64,000 nt of DNA. It comes from Escherichia coli (GTDB taxonomy: Bacteria > Pseudomonadota > Gammaproteobacteria > Enterobacterales > Enterobacteriaceae). The translations under genes and the position numbers were made by a program. The notes beneath the pieces were generated by a model that was given only the letters and a program-made list of their open reading frames with translations, had not been told where the DNA came from and did not search any database. Each line of letters begins with the position of its first letter. The first letter of the stretch is position 1. Shown in pieces: positions 17,196 to 28,065 of this stretch. The stretch is taken from assembly GCF_050920415.1 (NCBI RefSeq), contig NZ_CP169309.1. One strand, given 5' to 3'.

Positions 17196-19545
17196 GCTTC
17201 ACGAGACGCCGGAAACCCGGCGTTACCGCATCTGTGGGGTCGTTCAGGGCGTTGGATTTCGTCCCTTTGTTCACCGACTGGCCCGCACCTATGGTGCCAC
17301 CGGCTGGGTGTTAAACGATTCAGAAGGCGTGTTGCTTGAGCTGCAGGCATCCGGCACGGTTATTGCCAGAATCATGGACAAACTGGTGACCGAGGCACCA
17401 CCACTGGCAAAAATCATCAGTACGCAGGAAGTTAGCCCAACGGATACCAGAGCGCACTATGAAACGTTCAGCATCCGTAAAAGCCGCGATCATACCAGCA
17501 TGGACACGATTATCCCGCCAGATACCAACGTCTGCAGCGATTGCCTGCGCGAGATAAGCGATCCTGATAATCATCGTTATCGTTACGCTTTCACCAATTG
17601 CACCAATTGTGGGCCGCGCTATTCCATTATTCTTGGTATGCCTTACGATCGTGCCCAGAGCACTATGCGTAAATTCCCTTTATGTCCAACCTGTGAGCGT
17701 GAATACAACGATATTGAGGATCGACGCTATCATGCCCAGCCCAATGCCTGCCCAGTTTGCGGCCCACAGTTGCAACTTACCGATCGACAGGGCACATCCG
17801 TTCACACAGATGATATTGTCAAATTTGCCATTACGAAACTAAAAGAAGGCGGAATTCTTGCAATAAAGAGCCTTGGTGGCTTTCATCTCGTGGCCGATGC
17901 TTGCAATGAGAATGCTGTCAATGAACTTCGGCAACGCAAGCGAAGAGACGCCAAACCTTTTGCAGTGATGGTCGCGGATGTGGAAAGCGCGTCGCGTATT
18001 GCTTTCATCCCCCCCTGTAATCACAAATTGCTGGAAAGCCCGCAGCGTCCCATTGTCTTGTTGTATAAGCGCAACGTCCTGCTGGCGAGTACCGTTGCGC
18101 CACATAATCCGAACATCGGTGTAATGCTGCCTTCAACGCCGCTTCAGCATTTATTGCTGGAAGACCCGTCTCTGCCGATCCTGATTATGACCAGCGGTAA
18201 TATTTCCGGTCATCCGATCGTCTTTGACAACGACATGGCAATTAAGCAACTCGGGAAAATCGCGGATTACTTCATTCTGAATAATCGCGATATTCATACG
18301 CGTGTTGACGATTCGGTGGTCCGCACGGTGTTTCTCAACGACGCCATTACCTCGCAGCTATCGTTTTTGCGCCGCTCCCGCGGTTACGCGCCATACCCTA
18401 TTCATCTACCTTACGCAGTGGATTCCGTTATCGCGCTCGGGGCGGAGCTAAAAAACACGATCAGCATCGGCAAAGGAAAACAGGTTTTTCTGAGCCAGCA
18501 TATTGGCGATCTTAAGAATAACGTGACTTTTAAATCACATATCGAATGTATTGATCATCTTCAAAACCTGCTGAACGTGAAGGCAAATGTCGTGGCCTGC
18601 GATTTGCATCCCTCTTTCCGCTCTACCCGGCATGCGCTGGAGAATTTAGAGCATCAGGTTGTTCAGGTTCAACACCATCACGCGCATATGGCATCCTGCA
18701 TGGCGGAAAATGGCCTGTCAGGTACTACTCTAGGCGTAATTTTTGACGGTACAGGATATGGCACCGACGGCACCATTTGGGGCGGTGAGTTTCTCGTTGG
18801 TGATTTCGAAAAATTCGAGCGTGCAGGATGCTTGCGTTCAATGACCCTGCCCGGAGGCGATCGGGCAGTTAAAGAGCCGCTGCGCGTCGGCATCTCCTTA
18901 CTGGTGGAAACCTTCGGCGAAGATATCAGTACGCTCGCAGTACCAGGCTTGCAGGCGCTCCAGCCTCAGCAGCGCGATATATTCAGTAAAATGGCGACCA
19001 GAAAAATCAACACCACCACGACCAGCAGCATGGGCAGACTATTTGACGGCATCGCCGCGCTGATGGGCGTTTGCACTCAGGTGGAGTACGAAGCCCAGGC
19101 GGCCATTGAACTGGAAGCGCTGCTGCAGTGTAAACTTCATATGACGGCTCCGTTCAGCTACATCATTGCCGATGTCGAGAATAAGCTCGAGGTGGATTAT
19201 CGCCCGATGATAAGGGAACTGGTGCAATGCTTCAGCCAGCCCGGTTTTGATATGGCCGAACTAAGTCGGCGCTTTCACTCTACCATCGTCGACATGATTT
19301 GCGAGGTCTGTAAACGTCTGGTGGCACGCTCAGGCACGCAACAAATTGTCCTGAGCGGCGGCGTGTTCTGCAATGAATTCATCCTCGTTAATTCTCTTAA
19401 CAGTCTGGAGTCTTGTGGATTCCGGCCTTACAGCCATCAGTTAGTTCCGACTAACGATGGTGGTATTTCATTGGGGCAAGTGGTTATTGCTACCGCATAC
19501 ACTCGCGCAACGCGCAATAAAAATCTGGAGAGAGAAAATGCATAG
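17167..19545 (+). CDS. HypF-like carbamoyltransferase (acylphosphatase, 2x Zn-finger, YrdC-like and Kae1-like domains)
   Basis: Start taken at MAQNYPDS. Motifs present: VQGVGFRPFV; CSDC..CTNCGPRYS; CPTC..CPVCGPQL; GGFHLVADA; QHHHAHMASC; DGTGYGTDGTIWGGEF; NDGGISLGQ. It overlaps the hypE-like 3' end by 29 nt. Confidence 0.85.
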   Translation: MAQNYPDSVELHETPETRRYRICGVVQGVGFRPFVHRLARTYGATGWVLNDSEGVLLELQASGTVIARIMDKLVTEAPPLAKIISTQEVSPTDTRAHYETFSIRKSRDHTSMDTIIPPDTNVCSDCLREISDPDNHRYRYAFTNCTNCGPRYSIILGMPYDRAQSTMRKFPLCPTCEREYNDIEDRRYHAQPNACPVCGPQLQLTDRQGTSVHTDDIVKFAITKLKEGGILAIKSLGGFHLVADACNENAVNELRQRKRRDAKPFAVMVADVESASRIAFIPPCNHKLLESPQRPIVLLYKRNVLLASTVAPHNPNIGVMLPSTPLQHLLLEDPSLPILIMTSGNISGHPIVFDNDMAIKQLGKIADYFILNNRDIHTRVDDSVVRTVFLNDAITSQLSFLRRSRGYAPYPIHLPYAVDSVIALGAELKNTISIGKGKQVFLSQHIGDLKNNVTFKSHIECIDHLQNLLNVKANVVACDLHPSFRSTRHALENLEHQVVQVQHHHAHMASCMAENGLSGTTLGVIFDGTGYGTDGTIWGGEFLVGDFEKFERAGCLRSMTLPGGDRAVKEPLRVGISLLVETFGEDISTLAVPGLQALQPQQRDIFSKMATRKINTTTTSSMGRLFDGIAALMGVCTQVEYEAQAAIELEALLQCKLHMTAPFSYIIADVENKLEVDYRPMIRELVQCFSQPGFDMAELSRRFHSTIVDMICEVCKRLVARSGTQQIVLSGGVFCNEFILVNSLNSLESCGFRPYSHQLVPTNDGGISLGQVVIATAYTRATRNKNLERENA

Positions 19546-20278
19546 TTCTGCGAACCGTATTGCCGCTGTTTTATTCGATATGGATGGTGTCCTTATTGAT
19601 TCCAATGCGGTGATTGAGCGCGGCTGGGCTGAAGGCGCACAGATGTTTGGCAAGACGCTAACGGAAGAGGATATCGTCAGGCATATTCACGGACAGCCCG
19701 GCCCGCATACCATTCGCGCCCTGTTCAGCGACCTTTCCCTGGAAGATCAAAAGAAGGTCCAGTCACATATCATCCACGTTGAAAATACCGCTGATTACGA
19801 CCCGATCCCTGGAGTTAGCGAACTTATCCAGGCGTTGCATAAGGCTGGCATCAGTGTGGGGATTGTCACTAGCGGCTGGCGGTCGAAAATCGATCGTATT
19901 ATGGAGATGCTGCAAATCACGCCCTGTATTTCAGTGATTGTCGAACGTGATGATGTCGTGCGCGGCAAGCCTTATCCCGATCCTTATCTGCTTGCCGCAG
20001 AGCGGTTTCATCTTGCACCGTCCAGAACACTGGTCTTTGAGGATTCAAGAAGCGGCGTAACATCTGCTGTTACAGCAGGCGCAATTTGTGTTGGCATCGG
20101 TACAGACAGTCTGAAAGAGTGCGGTGCCGTGCTTGCAATTACAGATTTTCGTAATGTGAAAATCACCTCACAGACAGGCGAAAAAGTAGTGATTGCCTTT
20201 ACTCCAGAGCACCAGATGGAGATGGAAACTCAGAGCTCTCGTAAGAAAACATCCTGTACCACAAGAGAAGAGTGCTAA
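19538..20278 (+). CDS. HAD-IA family phosphatase (beta-phosphoglucomutase-like)
   Basis: Motifs FDMDGVLIDS, VTSG, GKPYPDPY and FEDSRSGV. The ATG lies 8 nt inside the hypF-like 3' end. Confidence 0.8.
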   Translation: MHSSANRIAAVLFDMDGVLIDSNAVIERGWAEGAQMFGKTLTEEDIVRHIHGQPGPHTIRALFSDLSLEDQKKVQSHIIHVENTADYDPIPGVSELIQALHKAGISVGIVTSGWRSKIDRIMEMLQITPCISVIVERDDVVRGKPYPDPYLLAAERFHLAPSRTLVFEDSRSGVTSAVTAGAICVGIGTDSLKECGAVLAITDFRNVKITSQTGEKVVIAFTPEHQMEMETQSSRKKTSCTTREEC

Positions 20279-21471
20279 TGAATATCACACAGAAGGGACG
20301 CTGGGCTGTCACTATGCTATTTTTTATCAATGGCTTCGTCACCGGAGGTTGGGCTGTGCAAATTGCACAGCTTGTACCACGCTTTGGCGTGACCGACAAA
20401 GTGATCGGCCATTTAATTCTGATCTTCGGATTCGGTGCACTAACCATGATGCCCATATCAGGCATTCTGATGGAAAAGATGGGGACACAAATCGTAACGC
20501 GTATTTTTGCCCTTGCAGCCTCCCTGGCATTAATTCCGGTTGGTTTAGCCACCACCCCATTAGTGTTGATGCCAGCGTTATTTGTTCTTGGTGCGATGAT
20601 TGGTGCCATGAATGTAGCGATGAACTCGAATGCCGTGGCGGTGGAGAGATCACTCTCACAAGCGATTTTATCCTCCTGCCATTGCTTCTGGAGTATCGGC
20701 CTATTTGCGGCGGGCTCGATAGGCGGCCATCTTGTTGAACAATTTGGCTTTTTGACGCATATCTTTTTGATTAGTGCCGTGGCCTTAATACTGACGCTGA
20801 TTATCGCTCCGGCCATTTTTAAAGACATACAGACGGTTAAATCCACCAGCAGACAGACCACCCGGTTGCCTCGTTCTCCGGCGATTTATCTGATTGGATT
20901 GATGGCTTTTCTGGCCATGATCCCTGAATGCGCTGTTGTTGACTGGTCGTCACGCTATTTGATTAAAAATCTCAATGCAAAAACAGAAATCGCCAGCCTT
21001 GCCTTCGCCTGCTTTGCTGTAGCAATGGCCTTGTTTCGCTTTATGGGTGACGTGATCCGCAACCGCTTCGGCGCAATATTAATTATACGAATCTCCAGCT
21101 TACTGGCAGGCGCTAGCCTATTGTTGAGCGCACTGGCACACAATCCCTGGCAGGCGATCTGCGCATTTACCTTAGCGGGAATCGGCATCGCCAACCTTGT
21201 GCCCATTGTCTTTTCCGCAGCGGGAAATCAGCCCAATATTTCCACCAACACAGGAATGAGCATTGCCACAACCATTGGGTATTTAGGCACGCTAATGGCC
21301 CCTGCGCCTATTGGCTATATTGCGGAAATAACCGGTTTTCCAGTGGTTTATTGCGGACTAGCTTTCATGTCGGGAATTATCTTTTTGCTGGCACCACTGG
21401 TTCGGGGGGCAGAAATCTCTGTACAGCGGCAGCGAGCCTCAAACAAACACCAGAATACCGGAGCGTTGTAA
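20278..21471 (+). CDS. MFS transporter
   Basis: ~397 aa and highly hydrophobic, with a 12-TM pattern. The ATG overlaps the HAD stop (TAATG). Confidence 0.8.
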   Translation: MNITQKGRWAVTMLFFINGFVTGGWAVQIAQLVPRFGVTDKVIGHLILIFGFGALTMMPISGILMEKMGTQIVTRIFALAASLALIPVGLATTPLVLMPALFVLGAMIGAMNVAMNSNAVAVERSLSQAILSSCHCFWSIGLFAAGSIGGHLVEQFGFLTHIFLISAVALILTLIIAPAIFKDIQTVKSTSRQTTRLPRSPAIYLIGLMAFLAMIPECAVVDWSSRYLIKNLNAKTEIASLAFACFAVAMALFRFMGDVIRNRFGAILIIRISSLLAGASLLLSALAHNPWQAICAFTLAGIGIANLVPIVFSAAGNQPNISTNTGMSIATTIGYLGTLMAPAPIGYIAEITGFPVVYCGLAFMSGIIFLLAPLVRGAEISVQRQRASNKHQNTGAL

Positions 21472-21922
21472 TTTCTGCCTGGCAAATACTGTGAAACGCT
21501 GACGCAAATTTTACTTTCCTGCGTATTGTCATCACAGGCCGTACAGACAGTGCGCGGTCTGTTGGCGGATCTGCCTGGTATTTTGCCGATGAACTGAGGG
21601 CGTCCTGCGGGATACGTATCGCCAGGGGCGTGAAACTAATTGATGAGGTGGCGGCATGATGCCGGCGGACTAGCATATCTGCCTTTCGCCGCCTGACATG
21701 TCCTTTGGGGCCGCTGTCAGTTCAGAGTAAAGGAGAAAAAGATCGATACCGAGGGGGGGCACGACGCCCCGGAGACACCCCTGTTTCGTCAGACAGTCTG
21801 TACCGCGTACAGCCTGAAACTCCCTAAACCTCAACAAACTGCCACTTCGACGTGAAGGTATCGTTCTGGCGCAGCCAAAAAGCACATGCCGGAGACTGTT
21901 TTTTTGGTTGTAGAGGGTAGTC

Positions 21923-22054
21923 ATGAGCAAATTAAGTAGTGAAATGAAGGCCCTGACGAAGAAAGCAGGCGGCAGCTTCAAAACGGTAAATGACCGTATC
22001 CATATTACAAAACGGTTCAGTGAGCATTTACGCGAACTGAACATCCAGATCCGG
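21923..22054 (+). pseudogene. N-terminal fragment (~44 codons) of a tyrosine-recombinase/integrase gene
   Basis: MSKLSSEMKALTKKAGGSFKTVNDRIHITKRFSEHLRELNIQIR resembles the N-termini of an enterobacterial island integrase family as I remember it. The reading frame loses sense after 22054. Confidence 0.45.
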
Positions 22055-22225
22055 CGGGTATGCGCCAAGACTGACTCTGGATTCTTTTCCGTTGAAACGA
22101 TATTTGAGATACCAGATGCGTGAACCGCCCGGATTGACGAGCAGATACAGACCGTGAGAGTCGGAGAGTTTTACCGGACGGGAAGAGGTTTTTAACTTGC
22201 GGATTTTAGAATCGTTTAAAGACAT
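22028..22225 (-). pseudogene. P4-type integrase, N-terminal fragment only
   Basis: MSLNDSKIRKLKTSSRPVKLSDSHGLYLLVNPGGSRIWYLKYRFNGKESRVSLGAYP is the typical P4-like Int N-terminus. Homology ends near 22055 and the catalytic domain is absent. It lies adjacent to asnT. Confidence 0.8.
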
Positions 22226-22386
22226 TTGGGGGTCACTCCAGAATCGAACCAAACTGACCCCAGATCTGACCACCAAATTATCCCGATGCGGAGAGAAAAC
22301 CAGATACGCACCGGGGAGGATTTTCACGCTAACTTACTGAACCGTAAACAAATAGAGATGTACAGATAAGCATGAAAACTTGAATT

Positions 22387-22462
22387 TGGCTCCTCTGACT
22401 GGACTCGAACCAGTGACATACGGATTAACAGTCCGCCGTTCTACCGACTGAACTACAGAGGA
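22387..22462 (-). tRNA. asnT: tRNA-Asn (GUU)
   Basis: The reverse complement reads TCCTCTGTAGTTCAGTCGGTAGAACGGCGGACTGTTAATCCGTATGTCACTGGTTCGAGTCCAGTCAGAGGAGCCA, 76 nt with CCA. Confidence 0.95.
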
Positions 22463-22562
22463 ATCGTGTGAACAGGGCGCATGTTACTTAGCGGTACCTT
22501 GTCTGTCAACACTAAATTTCATAAGTCATTTCAATTGGTTAATTAATCTGCAAAGTTGTTAA

Positions 22563-23360
22563 TTAATGAACATTCGTCGCCGAAAACGAGTCTGTATCAT
22601 TAGCGTGATGCAGTCTCTGCAAAGGATCTTGTTGATAAAATTGGCAGAAACGTTGCCACAATGAAGGGAAACGAGGAGCAAAAAGCTCAGGGGCGCTAAA
22701 GAAATATTCAGAAAGTACGGCAAAACACTCAGCAGGATCACTGGCAGCATAAGCATCGATGCTCGCCGCATTCTCACCGACTAATTCGATCTCTTCCTGA
22801 ATGTTGTTCATTGCGGCATGAAGATCGTGTTCCCAGCCAGCAACCTCACGCAACGGAATAAAGGGAACTCCGCTGGCGCGATCGCCGTTACGGGTGTCCA
22901 GCTTATGAGCGACTTCATGAATAATCAGGTTAAAACCAGAAGCATCAAACGAATCTTGTATATCCAACCAGTTCAAAACGATTGGCCCTTGCTGCCAGCT
23001 CTGACCTGACTGAACAATACGTTGGTTATGCACTAAACCGATATCGTCTTCCCACTCATCATCGACTACAAATGGCGCAGGGTAAATTAAGACTTCATGA
23101 AAACCATCCAGCCATTCTAGCCCTAACTCCAGAACGGGCAGGCAAAATAGAAGGGCTATCCGGCAGCTTCTTAATGAATCCAGCTCAAAGCCCTGTAAGG
23201 GAACAAGCCGTTTTTGCTGTAAAAAACGTTCGGCAAGAGTGACTAATTTGCTTTGTTCCTGTTCTGTCAGGCACGTTAAAAGGGGAATCGATAGTGCTTC
23301 CTGCCAGGGAAGGGCAGTTTGATGTGCTGATTCTTGTACTTTCCAGGGCCACTTAATCAT
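22563..23360 (-). CDS. mtfA: Mlc titration factor A (zinc aminopeptidase-like)
   Basis: Start at [13 protein letters not shown] gives 265 aa. HEVAHKLD metalloprotease motif. K-12 synteny between asnT and serU. Confidence 0.9.
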   Translation of the reverse strand: MIKWPWKVQESAHQTALPWQEALSIPLLTCLTEQEQSKLVTLAERFLQQKRLVPLQGFELDSLRSCRIALLFCLPVLELGLEWLDGFHEVLIYPAPFVVDDEWEDDIGLVHNQRIVQSGQSWQQGPIVLNWLDIQDSFDASGFNLIIHEVAHKLDTRNGDRASGVPFIPLREVAGWEHDLHAAMNNIQEEIELVGENAASIDAYAASDPAECFAVLSEYFFSAPELFAPRFPSLWQRFCQFYQQDPLQRLHHANDTDSFSATNVH

Positions 23361-23453
23361 CGTTTTGCTCGCAAACTCGTCACTTGAACAAAATTGCACG
23401 GACAGGGACTGTTAAAATGCCAAATTTCCTGGCATCATGGCAACCATCTGAAC

Positions 23454-23543
23454 GGAGAGATGCCGGAGCGGCTGAACGGACCGGTCTCGAAAACCGGAGT
23501 AGGGGCAACTCTACCGGGGGTTCAAATCCCCCTCTCTCCGCCA
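23454..23543 (+). tRNA. serU: tRNA-Ser (CGA)
   Basis: GGAGAGATGCCGGAGCGGCTGAACGGACCGGTCTCGAAAACCGG...GGTTCAAATCCCCCTCTCTCCGCCA, 90 nt with a long variable arm. Confidence 0.93.
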
Positions 23544-24126
23544 CTTTATCAATGACTTATCTCCCGACTTCCCGCCTTGCTTTTCCTAAACAGAACAATC
23601 GTAGAATATTCTTGAAGGGTTAGATCGTCACTGTTTTCTGTTCGATACTGTGACATTCAGCACTTGATTCGCTATGGATCAGACAGGAAGGTTTCGAGCG
23701 AAAATCTACTGTTATTCAGTCGTTTTCTTATCGGTCACCATTATTCTTCTCATCTTATGCTTTAGATATTGATCCTATGAAACCGATGTTACGTTAGTGG
23801 GCGGGAACTGAAGTTACGGAGTAAAAGGGTTAATAATTGAGCCAAAAAAGGAACGCGGCCGTCAGATTAAAGCCGCGGGACAAAGTCCATAATTTCCAAG
23901 AGTTGTTGAATTTCCCAGCTTTTTTGAAAGCCTTTGTATCATACTAACAAGTAAAAAAGGTTTAAATACCAAAATTAACCTGTATTTTTGATAAGTCTTA
24001 CCATTGTACGATTTACACAGTTTCTGCTCCTCCTTGTTGATAGTGGAAAGAGTGCGGTATGCACTTGCGTAAACATTTATGATGCGTTGATGTCCAGGGT
24101 TCACATTTCCTTGTCAGGGGATCGAC

Positions 24127-24657
24127 TTATTTGTGGCGAGGCATCATTCGTAACAGAGTATTATCTTTCTGAATGTAATGATGAAAGAGCGCTGCGCCAG
24201 CGTGGGCTGCGATTAAAAAGTAACCTATGTTCGCCCAGGTTTCGTGAATATTTTTTATCAATGCTTTAATTTCACTGTTTGGGGTAACAAAAGGCGGCAC
24301 ATTGAAACCAAGGAAACTCCACGATTTTCCACTATAAGCCATTAAAGCAATCCCCAACAGTGGAAGCGCAAGGAAGGTTATATAAAGCATGATGTGCATT
24401 AGCGAAGCCGCTTTCATTTGCCAGGCAGGTGGCGGTGGCACAATAGAGGGATCACTATAACGGTGTTTTATTATAAGGCGTGAAAACATTAACACCCAAA
24501 CGAAGATACCCGCATTGTAATGTGTTTCACGCATCAACAGATAAGTATTACTACCTTTGGGAAACCAGCCACGGAGTTCCATTGCGGCATAAGTGATTGC
24601 AATGAAAAGCAGCGTTATCCAGTGTAAATAAATTTGAGTTTTTGAGAATCGATTCAT
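24127..24657 (-). CDS. yodB: Cytochrome b561 homologue
   Basis: Start at MNRFSKTQIYLHW gives 176 aa with 4 TM helices and conserved His residues. Confidence 0.85.
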   Translation of the reverse strand: MNRFSKTQIYLHWITLLFIAITYAAMELRGWFPKGSNTYLLMRETHYNAGIFVWVLMFSRLIIKHRYSDPSIVPPPPAWQMKAASLMHIMLYITFLALPLLGIALMAYSGKSWSFLGFNVPPFVTPNSEIKALIKNIHETWANIGYFLIAAHAGAALFHHYIQKDNTLLRMMPRHK

Positions 24658-25001
24658 TTTTATAGCTCCTGTAATTTTCACAGTCAAGCTATCCCACGAA
24701 CCTTAAAAATACCTTATACAGATGTGGTTTTAAGAATTTGTTATTTAAAAAATTGAAAAGGGTAAATTGTGAACAGTCAATATAAGCAATTGCCTGCGCC
24801 CAGTTATCTTACGCTGTTGGCAGTATTGTATATGGAGTCCGTTATTGATTAACCCTATGAGGGCTTGCTTATTAAGATGCAGACACGTCATAGCGATGAG
24901 CGTGTCTGCAGCTACCTTGCATTCAGTGGCGTTTGTGGATGGACCTGTGGCTGCTATGATAACTTAATAAAAACGGCATCGAGACGCTATTCATGGAAGA
25001 C

Positions 25002-25652
25002 TCAATGAGACATCATCTCCTCGACCACTTCTTCGCTACTCAACTGATAGGGATAATACGTTGGCCAGTTTTCCATTTCATTCAATAAAGATTGCTGTGA
25101 ATCATTACCCATAAAAATGTGAAAATGAGATGATTTTCGTGGTGCAATTATATGATCGCTAAATTGTATATATTTAGGGGCTTTGCTTTCAGGATCTTTA
25201 CATTCGAATAAGTAACGAACGCCTTTCTTGCCTGATTTATAGGTGAGTATTTTGTAGCCATCGTAATCATATTTACAGGATGTAGTTTCGTTATTTATAT
25301 GGAATTCAATAATGCCGTCCTCAATACCAATCATTTCGATATCTGTCGAGTAGCCTTTCTGATAATAATCTTTAACTTCTGCGAATGTTTTGGTTTTATC
25401 TGCATTCGCTTTCTTTCGAAAGACGGGGTCAAGCTTGCCATTTTGCAGTAAGGGATAAACGGATTGCCAGACTCCATCCCAGTCACTGAGCGTTCGGTTT
25501 TGTACATTGGCATCATCAAAAACACCGTTAGCCGCTTTTTGTTCGACCTCTGTTAAGGGTTTGCCGTGTGAGTGATGACCATGCGAAAAGGCAGGAGCGC
25601 TAACAATAAAGACACCTAAAGCAATAGCCAGTTTATTAAGACGAATCGCCAA
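25002..25652 (-). CDS. zinT: Periplasmic zinc/cadmium-binding protein ZinT
   Basis: 216 aa with a signal peptide followed by the His-rich HGHHSHG. Matches remembered ZinT/YodA. Confidence 0.92.
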   Translation of the reverse strand: MAIRLNKLAIALGVFIVSAPAFSHGHHSHGKPLTEVEQKAANGVFDDANVQNRTLSDWDGVWQSVYPLLQNGKLDPVFRKKANADKTKTFAEVKDYYQKGYSTDIEMIGIEDGIIEFHINNETTSCKYDYDGYKILTYKSGKKGVRYLFECKDPESKAPKYIQFSDHIIAPRKSSHFHIFMGNDSQQSLLNEMENWPTYYPYQLSSEEVVEEMMSH

Positions 25653-25688
25653 AACAGTTTCCTCCAGAGTTATTGTACATGACGTGTT

Positions 25689-25705
25689 ATGTTATATTGT
25701 AACAT
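25689..25705. promoter_or_regulatory. Zur box upstream of zinT
   Basis: ATGTTATATTGTAACAT palindrome about 40 nt upstream of the zinT start. zinT is a known Zur regulon member. Confidence 0.6.
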
Positions 25706-25845
25706 ATGACGAAATGCAATAACTCTTAGGAAACAAGAGCATAGTTTTCTCAGGTGTATTTACCTATCTTATTGAAATGAAATAAATTATGTCGATGATT
25801 TGAGGTTGATGACAAACGAAACATAACTTGATGCGATCTGTGTGG

Positions 25846-25875
25846 GCCGGATAAGGCGCTCACACCGCATCCGGC
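25846..25875. repeat. REP (repetitive extragenic palindrome) element
   Basis: GCCGGATAAGGCGCTCACACCGCATCCGGC, the classic E. coli REP consensus, between msrQ and zinT. Confidence 0.8.
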
Positions 25876-25908
25876 AGGGATAACGCGTACTTTGTCGGCA
25901 ATATGAAG

Positions 25909-26544
25909 TTATAGAGATGATTTGTTGTGAACCTGCTTGCGTAATCGGTTGAAAAGGGAAAGTAGCTTTTTATACCGTAAGGCTAAAAGCAGTACAGCCA
26001 GCCCAGCGTAGATGAGTGGCTGCGGTGAAATAATCTTCACTGACCACAGATAATGTATTGGAGCCAGGATCGCGACAAGATAGACGAAGTTATGCAACTG
26101 TTGCCAGTGTTTGCCGAGTTTTCGCTGCATCGCCTGGGTTGAAGTGAACGCTAAAGCAAGCAAAATTACCCAACTAATAATACCTAACGTTAAATAAGGT
26201 CGGGTGATTAACTCCTTGCCTAATAACGCCAGATTATTCACGCCCAGCTCCAGTAATGCGTAACTGGTTAAATGCAGTGTCGCCCAGGCAAAGCACCATA
26301 AGCCTAACAGGCGTCGAGTCCGCATCAATAACGGCTGTTTTGCGTAACGTGCCAGAGGTGTAATTAACAAGGTCGCCAGCAAAAATTTCAGTGCAGTGCG
26401 TCCGGTAAAATGCTGAATATCTTTCACCGGATCGGCTCCTAGTCCACCGTGATTGATCGCCCAGGCAAGCCAGAGCAACGGCAACAATCCGGCAAGATGC
26501 AGGCAAAGTTTTAGCCATGTCACCTGTTTTGCTGTCAGACGCAT
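25909..26544 (-). CDS. msrQ: Methionine sulfoxide reductase heme-binding membrane subunit
   Basis: 211-aa polytopic membrane ORF abutting msrP (YedZ). Confidence 0.9.
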   Translation of the reverse strand: MRLTAKQVTWLKLCLHLAGLLPLLWLAWAINHGGLGADPVKDIQHFTGRTALKFLLATLLITPLARYAKQPLLMRTRRLLGLWCFAWATLHLTSYALLELGVNNLALLGKELITRPYLTLGIISWVILLALAFTSTQAMQRKLGKHWQQLHNFVYLVAILAPIHYLWSVKIISPQPLIYAGLAVLLLALRYKKLLSLFNRLRKQVHNKSSL

Positions 26545-27555
<1,011 letters not shown>

Positions 27556-27651
27556 TCACACTGTTTTGTCGTTAACCAGTAAGAGATTGTTAATCTGTCA
27601 GGGAGTCTCCTCCCTAACAGTAGCAGAGATCTGCTTTTACATATTTACGCA

Positions 27652-28065
27652 TTAACTGCCACGATAGGTTGAATACCCATATTGGCTAAGTAACAAAGGT
27701 ACATGATAATGCTCGTTCACTTTATTAATTTGAAACTCAACAGGGATCTCAGGGAAGAAACTTTCAAGATTTTGTTTCTTAAAATATTCTCCAGTTTTAA
27801 ATACAACACGGTAATCGCCCGTGGTTGCAGTTTGCTCGGGCCACAGTGCCTTGATTCGTCCATCCTTATCTGTTTTGGCGGTATTAAGTTGTAACCAGCC
27901 GTTATCCGCTTTCTTTTCCAGAGTGACTGTCACGTCGGCAGCGGGTTTTCCTGTTTGCTGGTTCAAAATGTGCACGCTAAGAATGTTTTGTTGTGCGGCA
28001 TAAACCAAAGAAGGTAATGAAAATGCAGCCGTTGCAACCGAGAGTAGTAAATAACGCTTTAACAT
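27652..28065 (-). CDS. hiuH: 5-hydroxyisourate hydrolase (transthyretin-like)
   Basis: 137 aa with a signal peptide and the C-terminal YSTYRGS motif of the transthyretin-related family. Confidence 0.9.
   Translation of the reverse strand: MLKRYLLLSVATAAFSLPSLVYAAQQNILSVHILNQQTGKPAADVTVTLEKKADNGWLQLNTAKTDKDGRIKALWPEQTATTGDYRVVFKTGEYFKKQNLESFFPEIPVEFQINKVNEHYHVPLLLSQYGYSTYRGS

Larger units (their letters stand above)
14109..22402. mobile_element. asnT-associated genomic island (~8.3 kb), degenerate
   Basis: Bounded by the 21-bp direct repeat GAATTTGGCTCCTCTGACTGG. A P4-type integrase remnant lies next to the intact tRNA. As I recall, K-12 has yeeJ directly next to asnT. Confidence 0.8.

Noticed and set aside
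16164-19545. That hypE/hypF here are simply the canonical hydrogenase maturation genes.
   Set aside because: The canonical genes lie in the hyp/hyc regions elsewhere on the E. coli chromosome. This pair sits in a tRNA-bounded island without hypA-D. It is diverged in sequence from the K-12 proteins and is translationally coupled to unrelated enzymes.
20199-20861. 220-aa minus-strand ORF antisense to the MFS transporter gene.
   Set aside because: It lies entirely within a strongly hydrophobic, well-formed transporter ORF on the other strand. Its translation has no recognisable features.
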